A stretch of 24,602 nt of DNA from a virus (IMGVR_UViG_3300020043_002908:1-24602); one strand, 5' to 3'; shown: positions 7,121 to 16,418, counted from the stretch's first letter. Translations and numbers: made by a program. The notes: generated by a model from the sequence alone, not told the origin.

Positions 7121-8721
7121 TAGTTGCTTCTTCTGCGCAGGCTGGCTCCTACCGCCACAAGTGTATTTGATACGGCGACCAGTGTTCTACGCTCGCCGAC
7201 AGGTATGGTCTGGCCGACCATCTGGAAGGAATCGAAGACGCCCGCAAAGACATTAATGGTTTCTTGGAACGCCTTCTTGACTTTGGTTGGTGCTTCATTG
7301 ATGACTGCGACTAATTCTTCGGCCGCTTCAAGCGTGAGTTCTTCGACCACGATCTCTTCAAAGATCGCTTCGGCTTGTTCTTCGGTTACTGCCGCCAACA
7401 CTTCAGGACTTGACGCGATACTCACCGCCTGATCACTCGTGATGTCGGTCGCCAACACCTCCTCGATTGCTGCAACGATCTGTGCCGGTGCCGCCTCGGC
7501 AAGCACTTCAAGTATCTGCTCAACTTTCGCATCGCTGATCGGCTGATCGGCGACAATGTCTAGTTTGATTTCGGGTAGCGTTGTGGTCGATGAACTCTGT
7601 ACTACTGGTGGCAATGTTTCTTGGATACTTGTTCCTGGCGACGGCTGTGATGTTGGCGTACTTGTTTCAACGGGCAGAGTTGGAAGAACGGAAGACGGAA
7701 CTGGACGAGATACAGGCATGGTGGGATCAGGCTCGACAGGAACGGTTGTAGATGTTGTCGTCGCAGGTTCGGTCGTTGTCGTTGCAGGTTCGGTTGTGGT
7801 TGTTGAAGTGGTTGTTGAAGGTGAGGTTGTAGATGTTTCTTCAACTGTGGTTGAGGGTTCAGGCAAAGAAGTGGTGGTCGTTGTACTTGAAATTACTTCG
7901 ACGACTGGTTCGCTAGTCGTCGTGGTCTGAGGAGGAGTCCAAGGTGCTTGCGTTGTGGTCGGAGCTAATGCAACAGTTGTGGTCGTCGTTGTCGTGGTAC
8001 TTGTCGTTGATGTGGTTGTGCTTGACTGAACTGGTTCGCTGGTTGTGGTCGTTGTTGTGGGAAGGAGTGTTGTAGATGAGGTCGTTGATTCTGGTGGCGA
8101 TGTTGTTGTGGTTGGCGTTGTACTCGTACTGGTGGTTGAAGAAGAAGTAGTAGTCGAAGTAATTGTGGTCGACGAAGTGGTTGTGGTAGTTGCGATCGCT
8201 TGTTGAGTGAATGCCGCGTCTGGCACTATTTCCCAGCCTTGGTTGTTGATGTTCCATGCGAGCATCATGCACGAGTTCCCGCCATGCTCGTACATCCAAA
8301 CCTGAAAGGCATTACTTCCAGGTTCGAGTATTAGTTCGCCTGACATCATCCATGTGCAGCCCTGGTCGTTCCAGTTGCCCCACGAATAATTGCCAAGCTG
8401 CATTGTGCCGCCGTCATCTGTGGCGAGCATCAACTCAATCGTGTCATGTTCCGGTATGTCAATGAAGCCTGTCATGTGGATCATGAATAGGTCATAGGTG
8501 CAGTCTTCAAATAGTTCGTAGTCGTAGTTGCGGTTAATGTTATTTTCTATTTCGGTTCCGCAAACTAGATATTCGGTGTCCGACTGAATCGGCGGAATCT
8601 CGTCAATCGTGTAATACGAAGTTGCGATACCAAATTCTGTTTCAGCTCGGACAAGTGTCGGCCAAAACGATAGAACGATCGCAGGAAGCGGAATCAGCCA
8701 TCTGGTTAGATGGCGACCCAC
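7120..8721 (-). CDS. Secreted PA14-domain protein with mucin-like Thr/Ser/Pro stalk
   Basis: Signal peptide (..LVRA|E); PA14-like TGFIDIP, LATDDG, WNDQG, MYEHGG motifs; ~200-aa T/S/P tract; acidic helical region; weakly hydrophobic end plus RRR. Confidence 0.8.
   Translation of the reverse strand: MGRHLTRWLIPLPAIVLSFWPTLVRAETEFGIATSYYTIDEIPPIQSDTEYLVCGTEIENNINRNYDYELFEDCTYDLFMIHMTGFIDIPEHDTIELMLATDDGGTMQLGNYSWGNWNDQGCTWMMSGELILEPGSNAFQVWMYEHGGNSCMMLAWNINNQGWEIVPDAAFTQQAIATTTTTSSTTITSTTTSSSTTSTSTTPTTTTSPPESTTSSTTLLPTTTTTTSEPVQSSTTTSTTSTTTTTTTTVALAPTTTQAPWTPPQTTTTSEPVVEVISSTTTTTSLPEPSTTVEETSTTSPSTTTSTTTTEPATTTTEPATTTSTTVPVEPDPTMPVSRPVPSSVLPTLPVETSTPTSQPSPGTSIQETLPPVVQSSSTTTLPEIKLDIVADQPISDAKVEQILEVLAEAAPAQIVAAIEEVLATDITSDQAVSIASSPEVLAAVTEEQAEAIFEEIVVEELTLEAAEELVAVINEAPTKVKKAFQETINVFAGVFDSFQMVGQTIPVGERRTLVAVSNTLVAVGASLRRRSN
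7575..8190 (-). repeat. Low-complexity Thr/Ser/Pro coding repeats (ACN-rich)
   Basis: Runs such as TTTTTSSTT and TTTTEPA x2 within the 533-aa ORF. Confidence 0.9.
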
Positions 8722-9029
8722 TCAAGATCTTCTTCACTCCACCTATATTCGCCACCATCCAAAGGCATTGGTGTTGGTGGCTGCCAATCGTTATTTTCGT
8801 CTAATGTCCACGACTCGTATGGTTGCGGTGCGACAAATTCGTCGCGCACATGATCGTAGGTGTAGCCAATGCCGGGAAATTGTTTTCTAATTCGGTTGGT
8901 GTAACTGCATTGTATCCATTCGCCGCCTAGTAAATCGTGGCAGAATTGTGCGCCGTTTGCTTCCTCGTTGTCATGCACAACAATTACGCGCTGCACAACA
9001 CCGTTCAATATTTCTGCAAAGTGTGCCAT
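8706..9029 (-). CDS. Partner of Gly-rich tail protein (putative tail fibre accessory/chaperone)
   Basis: MAHFAEI...WIQCSY...GIGYTYD..RDEF..PQPY.SW pattern, typically found next to Gly-rich tail genes of aquatic phages. Confidence 0.7.
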   Translation of the reverse strand: MAHFAEILNGVVQRVIVVHDNEEANGAQFCHDLLGGEWIQCSYTNRIRKQFPGIGYTYDHVRDEFVAPQPYESWTLDENNDWQPPTPMPLDGGEYRWSEEDLEWVAI

Positions 9030-9907
9030 CAGAATGTGATACTTCCGCTAGCCGTAAATGTGTAAATGCGGTAGCCACCTGAAACAGTAATTGTTGGTGA
9101 ACCCGTTGTGGCTGCAGCCGCATCGAATGTGTCTGCATAACGCAAAACCACAATTCCGCTTCCACCGCTACCACCTGGTTGTGATAATCCGCCGCCACCG
9201 CCGCCACCTGTGTTTACTGTGCCTGCAGTACCTGCTGCATTTGTTCCGCCACCACCGCCGCCACCTGTGCCACCCGAGCCAACTGGACTGCCATTTGTTC
9301 CGCCGCCGCCACCACCTGAATACGCAACTGAACTGCCCGTAATTGAAACGCTTACTCCTGCACCACCGTTGCCACCGAAATTCTGGCCTGCGTCTGCACC
9401 GATTGCACTAGCACCGCCACCGCCTGCGCCACTTGTTCCTGTACCTACCACCCTAAAACCTGTGCCGCCTGCAAAACCTTGATTGGCAGTCCCAGCACCG
9501 CCAACGCCGTTTGTGTTTGGACTTGTTGAACCGCCACCACCGCCACCCGATCCGCCGGCAGAACCATCTCGATTAGTTACATCTGAACCAGCACCACCGC
9601 CGCCGCCACCTGTTGAAGTTATTGTGCTGAAAACGCTGTCAGAACCGTTTGTCCCACGACCCGTATCATTTGTGTTTGCACCAGCAGCACCGCCAGCACC
9701 AACAGTTACAGTTAGCGCAACACCAGCCGTAACCGCTAATGCTGACTCAAGGGAACCACCGCCGCCAGTAGCCGTGACAGTTGAACGCAAACCACCACCG
9801 CCACCACCGCCAGTACCACTACCACCGCCACCTCCGCCAGCGACAACAAGATAATCAACTGCTGTAGGTGCGTTAGCACCACCACCAACACCTGCAAGTA
9901 TTTGCAT
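9029..9907 (-). CDS. Glycine-rich tail fibre/receptor-binding protein
   Basis: VDYLVVAGGGGGG start, repeated GGGGGG blocks, GGSGIVVLRY and YRIYTFTASGSITF end. Confidence 0.8.
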   Translation of the reverse strand: MQILAGVGGGANAPTAVDYLVVAGGGGGGSGTGGGGGGGLRSTVTATGGGGSLESALAVTAGVALTVTVGAGGAAGANTNDTGRGTNGSDSVFSTITSTGGGGGGAGSDVTNRDGSAGGSGGGGGGSTSPNTNGVGGAGTANQGFAGGTGFRVVGTGTSGAGGGGASAIGADAGQNFGGNGGAGVSVSITGSSVAYSGGGGGGTNGSPVGSGGTGGGGGGGTNAAGTAGTVNTGGGGGGGLSQPGGSGGSGIVVLRYADTFDAAAATTGSPTITVSGGYRIYTFTASGSITF

Positions 9908-9910
9908 GAT

Positions 9911-10294
9911 TTACGAAGCCAGGTTGCCGAGTGCGATCCATTCGTTTGTGTCGATCTTGACACAGGTCGCAACGGAGAATTGATCTTTCGTCTTCAACTT
10001 CGAACCGCTCGAACGAATCGTTACGGTCGCAGCAGGTGTGATTGTCACTTGTGCTGTGCCTGCCTGATAAACATTGATTTGGTCGCCGACTGCGAACGCA
10101 ACAGTTGCATTGGCTGGGATAGTGAAAGCAATCGCAGTGCCTGAAGTGAAACTGACAAGCTTGCCTACATCGGTGAGTGCCGCCGTGTATGCGGTGCCGG
10201 CTTGAGTGTTTAATGCGACTATCGATGTTGCCAAAATGTTGGCGTTCGCCGCTGTGAATACATCACCACTAGTGAAACTCGGTCTTGTTCCCAT
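9911..10294 (-). CDS. Minor tail/tail fibre protein
   Basis: FTSGDVFTAA N-terminus and W.ALGNL C-terminus; position between hub and Gly-rich gene; AGGAG RBS. Confidence 0.7.
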   Translation of the reverse strand: MGTRPSFTSGDVFTAANANILATSIVALNTQAGTAYTAALTDVGKLVSFTSGTAIAFTIPANATVAFAVGDQINVYQAGTAQVTITPAATVTIRSSGSKLKTKDQFSVATCVKIDTNEWIALGNLAS

Positions 10295-10301
10295 ATTGCT
10301 C

Positions 10302-11546
10302 CTATCCTAGTCCAACATCAACATCGTCAAGTTGGTCTGTGTCAAGTATAAATGCGGTCAAGAGTTGTGCCTGACCTAACCCGAATCTTATCCGATGATC
10401 GGACGGTGTGATGTCGTGCGTCACCGATTCGATGAACACCGATTCGGTGCGTGTCAGTGGGAGTCCTGTTGTGTAGGTTTTCGTGACTGAGATGACATCA
10501 CCCACATCGAGTGTCAGCACGGTCGGCCACAAAGCCGAACCACAAGCATTCAAACTGGTAGAGATCTCATCGAAGCGAATCTTCGGTTCTTTATATTTGT
10601 TGAGAAGGTTCGTCGCCAGCGCTGTGCCTGCAGCCTCATCGACTAGTGGCACTTGTGAGAATGACAAAGTTTGCACACCGTACTGTGTTTGACTCGCTGT
10701 GTCCGATGCGATCGATCCTGTCGTGGCACCGTCGACATCTATCTGTACACGGTTGAACAATGTTTCTTGACCGTATGCGACACCGATCGCCAAGATCGGA
10801 ATCTCGTTCGTTGCCGTACCACCGAACGATGCGATAGCGGTTGAGAAGGTGAACGAGATTCTCGAATCGAACACAATTTGGTTGCGACGGTTCGCGAACA
10901 ACCGACCATCCTCAGCGATCGCAACCGCCTGCAACGCACCCAAAGTGTTGGTGTTGTCTGTGTAGGCAACCGTGCCACAGGTCGCGACACCTGTTGAGAT
11001 GTCGCGTAACGCTGTCGAGAAGTTCACCTCTGGTCTGTCAAGGATGGCTGATACTCGAGCCGAAGTAAGTTGCGAAGAAGGATCGAACGCCGTCAATGCT
11101 GTGCGTGACAGTTCATACAATCCGTCAGCCGACATGATTGTCGCAAACGACAGGTTCGGCATCTCATAAGTGATGTCGAGATCGGTAATTGCACCGACGA
11201 ACAGTTCGGCTGTGCCGGCAAGAACTTTGATTGCCCGCCTCGGTGCCAAATCGAAATCACCTTCATACCAGGTTGACGCGGTGTTAGCTGGGTCAAACAG
11301 TCGGCCTGATGCACGGTCGTCAGCTAACACACGACAGGTGCCAGGTGAGAACTGGTCTAGTTGGCTGGTGCGACCGCGTTGAATTGCGACCGACAAAACA
11401 TATTCGGTTGCATCCACGAAATCGGTTGTGCCATCAAGAGTGTCCGTACCATCCAATGTTGATGTGTCAAGAATGAACTGGTCAGCGAGCGCACCAACAT
11501 CCAACAACACCGAATACTCTTGACCCCACTTCAAAGTCTTAGGCAT
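10302..11546 (-). CDS. Minor tail (baseplate hub/distal tail) protein
   Basis: Directly after the tape measure; IQRGR, LFVGAI.D, EDGRLF, LDVGDVISV motifs typical of hub proteins. Confidence 0.8.
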   Translation of the reverse strand: MPKTLKWGQEYSVLLDVGALADQFILDTSTLDGTDTLDGTTDFVDATEYVLSVAIQRGRTSQLDQFSPGTCRVLADDRASGRLFDPANTASTWYEGDFDLAPRRAIKVLAGTAELFVGAITDLDITYEMPNLSFATIMSADGLYELSRTALTAFDPSSQLTSARVSAILDRPEVNFSTALRDISTGVATCGTVAYTDNTNTLGALQAVAIAEDGRLFANRRNQIVFDSRISFTFSTAIASFGGTATNEIPILAIGVAYGQETLFNRVQIDVDGATTGSIASDTASQTQYGVQTLSFSQVPLVDEAAGTALATNLLNKYKEPKIRFDEISTSLNACGSALWPTVLTLDVGDVISVTKTYTTGLPLTRTESVFIESVTHDITPSDHRIRFGLGQAQLLTAFILDTDQLDDVDVGLG

Positions 11547-11548
11547 AA

Positions 11549-13645
11549 TTACCTTCTCGGCGCGAAGCCAAGTTTGTCAATCGCGAACGCATCAACCGCC
11601 GTATATTGCTGCAACAGTTGCACAATCTGCCGACCAGCCTCAATACCATTAGTGCCAACACCCGTATTTACCACAATCGTCGTACCGCCACCACCCTGAC
11701 CTGATGGTGGTGGACCAGACACACTTGGCACACTCGGCAACACAGGCAAGTTCGGACCAACAAAGGTTTGACCTGAAGCCGCTGCCGCACCCGCAGCGTT
11801 ACGGATCGCCTCAGCCAAATCGTTGTACGCATCAGTTTCACGCTGAATCGCATCAGCAAGACTGTCCGCAGCATCCTCTTGCGCTTCTTTCGCTTTCGTT
11901 ACCTCATCGAGCAGAGCGTCATAGATCGCTGATCCGACAATCGCACCATTCACAACCTCATTCAGTTTGATTTGTGAAGCGGTACGACTATTGGTTGCTT
12001 CTTCTTCGGCTTCGAGTGCGTCAACGACCTGCAGTTTCGCTTGAGCCAATCTGATTTCGGCTTCACGAATCATTCGCGGATCAGACTTAGGATCTTTACG
12101 AACCTCAGCGAGAGCCTTCTCGGCGTCAGACACCGCGAAGATTGCATCCTCTACCCGATACCCAGCTTCTTCGACATTGCGTTGCGCACGGGCAAGTTGC
12201 TTCTGTGCGTCACGAGCCTGAGCGGAATCCGCACCGTAACCTTTGACCGCCTGGTTGAACTCTTCTTGTGCGGTGGCAAGATCCTTGTCACGAATACCAA
12301 GTTGCTTCTTCGCGTCAGCGGTACTTTTCTGCGCACTATTGAACGCCTTCTGACCGCTCGTCACTTTGTCGATCGCCTTCGTGTATTCACCGAGAACATC
12401 TTTGGCTTCTTTGACTGTTTCCTTGACTTTCTTTGCTGAGCCACCAGTTTTCTTTAGAGCCTCATTGAAGTCCTCTGTTTCTTTTGTAGCCTTCGGCAAA
12501 ACCTTGGTGCCAATCTTGTCTGTCTGATCAATGACCGAACTGATTGCGTTACCTGACAGATTCAATGCGGCTCGAGTGTTAATGATTGAAAGACGCCACG
12601 CATCAAACTTTGCTGTGACTGATGCTGTGCGATCTTCAAGCATCTGTTCAATAGTGACGATGCCATCGCCACCGGTGATTGCGGAACCCAATGCTCGCAT
12701 AATGTCAATCAATACCGCTAAAGGTTTGACAAGATTGACGAACTTCTTTTCTAATTCAATGAAGCCAAGAATCATCTTTTCGACATTGTCAAGAACTGCA
12801 AAGGTGATGGTACCGAATGCGGCACCAAAGTATCTGATTGCGCCAGACAGACCTTCTTCTTTGAATCCCGTGACCGCACCTTGCAACGCTGGTATCAAGT
12901 TCTTTTGTAGGAATCCAACGAGCCGTTCTGCGACTGGTAATAGTTGATAGCCGATCTCTTCGACCACTTCACCGAGAGATGTTCTAAGAATCTTTACTCG
13001 TCCAGAGAATGTGTCGGCTGCGGTTGCGGCTGCACCACCAAATTGTTTCTCTAACTCCAAGAGTGCAGCATTGAAATCTTTGCTCTTCTTGATGTTGTCA
13101 TCAAGCGGGATTCCTAACTTCTGTAATCCAGCAACCTGACCATTTGCCGCACGACCCAAACCTAGTGTAACGGTTTCTAAATCGCGGCCTGTGCTGGCGC
13201 TGATGTCGAGTGCCAGATTGAACAGACGCTGAGATTTATCTAGATCACCTGTGGCACGGGCAAGGTTGCCGAACGCTGGTCGAAGTTCATCATCGGCGAT
13301 ACCAGTCGCCAACATCGCTTTCTCGATGAACGCTTCTGTTGCTTGTACCTGTGCGTTGGTTGCACTGGCGGAACGGATCAATTGTGCTTCAAGACTTTTC
13401 TGTGATGCTTCGTCGGCTGCCGCTGCGGCGACTGCTCCAGCTGCTGCACCACCAACCGCGGTCAATGCGCCGAGCGCAATGAATGCACCCTTCTTCACTA
13501 CATCGAATGCAGCACCAATTCCTGCACCGACTTGTTGCACTTGCTCAATCGATTGTTGTCCTTCGCGGGCAAGATTCTTGAATGCCGTGATAGCACCGTC
13601 GGCGTTGCCGAGAATCTTTACAAGAAATGAGCGTTCACCTGCCAT
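11549..13645 (-). CDS. Tape measure protein
   Basis: 698-aa Ala-rich helical/coiled-coil protein in the tail module; GIADDELRPA, LALDISA motifs. Confidence 0.9.
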   Translation of the reverse strand: MAGERSFLVKILGNADGAITAFKNLAREGQQSIEQVQQVGAGIGAAFDVVKKGAFIALGALTAVGGAAAGAVAAAAADEASQKSLEAQLIRSASATNAQVQATEAFIEKAMLATGIADDELRPAFGNLARATGDLDKSQRLFNLALDISASTGRDLETVTLGLGRAANGQVAGLQKLGIPLDDNIKKSKDFNAALLELEKQFGGAAATAADTFSGRVKILRTSLGEVVEEIGYQLLPVAERLVGFLQKNLIPALQGAVTGFKEEGLSGAIRYFGAAFGTITFAVLDNVEKMILGFIELEKKFVNLVKPLAVLIDIMRALGSAITGGDGIVTIEQMLEDRTASVTAKFDAWRLSIINTRAALNLSGNAISSVIDQTDKIGTKVLPKATKETEDFNEALKKTGGSAKKVKETVKEAKDVLGEYTKAIDKVTSGQKAFNSAQKSTADAKKQLGIRDKDLATAQEEFNQAVKGYGADSAQARDAQKQLARAQRNVEEAGYRVEDAIFAVSDAEKALAEVRKDPKSDPRMIREAEIRLAQAKLQVVDALEAEEEATNSRTASQIKLNEVVNGAIVGSAIYDALLDEVTKAKEAQEDAADSLADAIQRETDAYNDLAEAIRNAAGAAAASGQTFVGPNLPVLPSVPSVSGPPPSGQGGGGTTIVVNTGVGTNGIEAGRQIVQLLQQYTAVDAFAIDKLGFAPRR

Positions 13646-13662
13646 GGTAAACGCAATTCTAC

Positions 13663-14376
13663 TCAGTTAGCGAGCATCCGTTTACGCAGTTCAGCCCACT
13701 CGCGTTGCATGTCTTTGTGAACTTCCGCTTGCGTCATCCCGTCATACTGCGACAAATCGACTGGCGCATCCCACCACTTCGGATCAAGAACACATCGCAT
13801 CGGATTACCGCGACGCGGTTGACGAGTCGTGCGAATGTTTGGTGTGGAGAATGTGCGTGTCGGTGCAGCGATGTCGGTGATCGTCGGGTCAAGGAATCGC
13901 CAACCTGAATGATGTGTGTGGAATGCTTGACCAGCTTCGTGCTGTGGCAGATAGAAGATGCGGGCTGGGTCTTTGGTTGCTGGGTCGCCTTTGAGACGAA
14001 GACGCTCATGTGTCTCATACCAAACCTCTTCCCAGTTTTGTACTGGCACGGCCTGCTCGAATGGGACAACAACATGCCAGTGAGGATTGTTGTCGCGATG
14101 CGACCAGGTTGTGTAGGCGAAGTGTATATACGATCCGAGATCAGCCTGCTTGAATGCTTCACCGTCAAGGTCGGCAACCAATGCCCACACATGCGACACA
14201 TTACGGTTGCCACGAGTTGTGTGATCACGGTATGTGACTGGCGAATATAACTTGCCGTCAGACTTCTGCTCGCGTTCTTGATGGTTGCCGAGCATCGCTG
14301 CGAAGTCCATCCAAGATGTGGCGATGGTCTTCGGATAGACGGATTTGACCGATGGGAAACCGACGACTTCAAACAT
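13663..14376 (-). CDS. Primase-polymerase-like protein (AEP superfamily catalytic domain)
   Basis: LVADLD (DxD), YTTWSH, WHVVVP, DPATKDPARIFYLP motifs; own AGGAGG RBS. Confidence 0.8.
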   Translation of the reverse strand: MFEVVGFPSVKSVYPKTIATSWMDFAAMLGNHQEREQKSDGKLYSPVTYRDHTTRGNRNVSHVWALVADLDGEAFKQADLGSYIHFAYTTWSHRDNNPHWHVVVPFEQAVPVQNWEEVWYETHERLRLKGDPATKDPARIFYLPQHEAGQAFHTHHSGWRFLDPTITDIAAPTRTFSTPNIRTTRQPRRGNPMRCVLDPKWWDAPVDLSQYDGMTQAEVHKDMQREWAELRKRMLAN

Positions 14377-14425
14377 TGTGCAGAACCTCCTAGGTTCAGG
14401 ATAGCGAATCCTGAGCCGAATACAA
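14377..14425 (-). promoter_or_regulatory. Putative promoter/operator and RBS-occluding hairpin of the primase gene
   Basis: TTGTAT-16-TATCCT; inverted repeat TCAGGAT-5-ATCCTGA over the -10; GAACCT-AGG-AGGTTC hairpin over the SD. Confidence 0.5.
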
Positions 14426-14428
14426 GTA

Positions 14429-14977
14429 TCAGCCGATGCCTAATTCTTTGACCACACGGTCCAAACCATCTAGATATTCCTTGGCTATCTCGTTCTTTCG
14501 CTTGCGTACCGTCGGCCAGAAGAAGTAACCAGACTGACCTCGATGCCTCAAGAACTGTTTAGTGGTCGGTCTGGCACCACCACCGAACTCCGCACCGAAG
14601 AACACATCGGCACGAGTCACCTTTGTTTTGCGTTTACTATTCGGACGAGACTTCGACACGAAGGATTCTTTACCACGCAAACCGATAGTTGGGATTCGAT
14701 CATTCTTTGCCCGTAATCCTTTGGCGACCTGTATCGCTTGACTGGCTCGACTCACAGACGCCGCTTCAATCCTGACCTTGGCTTCCAAGTCTCTTGCGAT
14801 TGTATAAGCAACCTTCTTCATTTCTTTGTTGAACTCTGGGCTTGCCTTTGAGAACTTGCGCAAAGTTTCAAATAAATCTTTGACGATGACTGTATTGCCT
14901 CCGATAGATGCAGTACCGCCACGACCAATAGTTGAACCTGTGTCGCCTGTCAAATTAGGGAACGCTGAGAAGGCCAT
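14429..14977 (-). CDS. HK97-gp10-like tail/neck component
   Basis: Basic protein with FFGAEFGG and QFLRH...YFFWP motifs in the tail operon. Confidence 0.7.
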   Translation of the reverse strand: MAFSAFPNLTGDTGSTIGRGGTASIGGNTVIVKDLFETLRKFSKASPEFNKEMKKVAYTIARDLEAKVRIEAASVSRASQAIQVAKGLRAKNDRIPTIGLRGKESFVSKSRPNSKRKTKVTRADVFFGAEFGGGARPTTKQFLRHRGQSGYFFWPTVRKRKNEIAKEYLDGLDRVVKELGIG

Positions 14978-15395
14978 TATTGAATCCTTTGCGGTGGACT
15001 TGTTTTGATGCTCTTCCAGCGCAGATAGCCGAGCATTGTGTACAGCATTCTAGGTGATTCTTGTAACAGTAATGATGGTGCGATGTGTGTCTCGCAAGCG
15101 AGATATGCGATCAGCCAGTGGGCTGAGGACTCTCCAAAGGGACGATCACCGCAGAATCGGTTCCAACCTCCACCTTCTCAACAGTGTCAATCCATTCCTC
15201 GAACTTCATCGCAGTTCTTTTCGTGCGCTTCTCAGCATGCCACGCCAACCATGCGAGATCGGTGAGGCGTAGTTCTGTTTGGAAGTTCGCAACCGAACGA
15301 TTCTTTTCGGTTTCGAACGCGATGAAGTCGGCGAACTGTGCAGTCACTTTCGTGGTGACAGAGTCGAGCGTTGTTACTTCTAGGTTGATTTTCAT
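14977..15395 (-). CDS. Tail assembly chaperone G-T fusion via -1 frameshift
   Basis: -1 frame after CCCTTTG reads PFGESSAHWLIAYLACETHIAPSLLLQESPRMLYTMLGYLRW...; its TAA overlaps the next ATG. Confidence 0.85.
15111..15395 (-). CDS. Tail assembly chaperone (G)
   Basis: Follows the major tail gene; AGGAGGT RBS; ADFIAFE, LAWLAW motifs. Confidence 0.85.
   Translation of the reverse strand: MKINLEVTTLDSVTTKVTAQFADFIAFETEKNRSVANFQTELRLTDLAWLAWHAEKRTKRTAMKFEEWIDTVEKVEVGTDSAVIVPLESPQPTG
15135..15141 (-). promoter_or_regulatory. -1 ribosomal frameshift slippery site C CCT TTG
   Basis: X XXY YYZ heptamer in the correct phase near the chaperone 3' end. Confidence 0.8.
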
Positions 15396-15423
15396 TCTTA
15401 CCTCCTGATTGTTTTGTTAAGAA

Positions 15424-15834
15424 CTATGCGATTGTTTTGGTGATCGTTCCGCTAATTGGCCACGTTACGTCCGCTGTGTTGAGCTCGCCCACGGCGCCGT
15501 TCACGGGACTAAATTCTGTGCAAAGTACAGAGAAGGTGTAGTGCGGTGTTGCTGACCCTGCTGCGGCTGTGCCTGCTGGTTTGACAATCATCGTGACAGC
15601 GGTCGAGCCAACCAATGGCAAGATGAGTCCGTCAATGGCGTTGTAGTCGTTATGCAACGACAATGTCACCGAGTTGTCGATGAGTCCAGCGACGCGAGTT
15701 ACTGCACCACCTGAACCGAAGTTCGTTGTTGGTACTTCGGCAGCCGAAGTTGACAGAGTTACTGCCGCAACATTCGAAGTGATGTCTGTGCCGTTGAGTG
15801 TGACATTCGCGTTTGTAAGAACTAACTTTGCCAT
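15424..15834 (-). CDS. Major tail (tube) protein
   Basis: 136-aa beta-rich protein, GAVGEL.T.DVTWP motif, upstream of the chaperone. Confidence 0.85.
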   Translation of the reverse strand: MAKLVLTNANVTLNGTDITSNVAAVTLSTSAAEVPTTNFGSGGAVTRVAGLIDNSVTLSLHNDYNAIDGLILPLVGSTAVTMIVKPAGTAAAGSATPHYTFSVLCTEFSPVNGAVGELNTADVTWPISGTITKTIA

Positions 15835-15836
15835 GA

Positions 15837-16004
15837 TTATTTATCTCCTGCCGTTGTGGCTTTCGAGGTTGATTTTTCAGCCACCGGAACAATGCGACCC
15901 GATTGCAGTAGAGAGTCTAGATGGTCAATCTCGCTGCCATCAATAGTGGCTGGATATTGTTTACCGAGAACGGTAAAGCCTTCGACTACTTGATACTTGG
16001 CCAT
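15837..16004 (-). CDS. 55-aa hypothetical protein (MAKYQVVEGFTVLGKQYP...)
   Basis: Exactly fills the gap between terminator and tube genes; below ORF-track cutoff. Confidence 0.75.
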   Translation of the reverse strand: MAKYQVVEGFTVLGKQYPATIDGSEIDHLDSLLQSGRIVPVAEKSTSKATTAGDK

Positions 16005-16007
16005 GGT

Positions 16008-16418
16008 CTAAGCGTACACCACGACACGAAAGTCGACAGTCAGGTAGGTTGTGTCGTTCGCATCCACGGTTGAGATGTTGCTGGCTTCCTCAACAATCAG
16101 GGTTTGGGCGTATCCTCCGAGTGTTGTATCGGCTTCGATCGCTGCACGAATCCCACTGTCATAAGACAGATAGGTGTCCATCAAGTTCTGTGCTGTGCGT
16201 TCCGCTGCACGACCGACGATCACACTGACCGTGAACACATGTGTGACTAGACCTGCCCGCATCGCACCGTGATAGGTGATCGATTCCAAGGTCGGCCATG
16301 CAATACCGCCGACCGACGGGTTTACCTGGTCGGGTTGTTGTGCGTAGGCGCGTAGGTTCGTGATTGTTGCGAGACGGGTTTGTAAACCTGTTTTGAGTTC
16401 GGTGACTGTTGCGGTCAT
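16008..16418 (-). CDS. Tail terminator/completion protein
   Basis: Position; ERTAQNLMD.YL and AAIEADTTLGG motifs. Confidence 0.75.
   Translation of the reverse strand: MTATVTELKTGLQTRLATITNLRAYAQQPDQVNPSVGGIAWPTLESITYHGAMRAGLVTHVFTVSVIVGRAAERTAQNLMDTYLSYDSGIRAAIEADTTLGGYAQTLIVEEASNISTVDANDTTYLTVDFRVVVYA

Noticed and set aside
7556-7930. Plus-strand Val-rich ORF, and His/Asn/Gln-rich alternative-frame ORFs nearby
   Set aside because: Frame and strand shadows of the Thr-rich mucin tract
7575-8190. Possible CRISPR or tandem DNA array
   Set aside because: Degenerate codon-level repeats inside an ORF; no constant repeat-spacer pattern and no cas operon
9210-9854. Plus-strand poly-Pro ORFs
   Set aside because: Antisense shadow of the Gly (GGN) codons of the tail protein; no RBS; opposite to all real genes
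8706-10294. Diversity-generating retroelement acting on tail genes
   Set aside because: No reverse transcriptase and no template/variable repeat pair seen in the window
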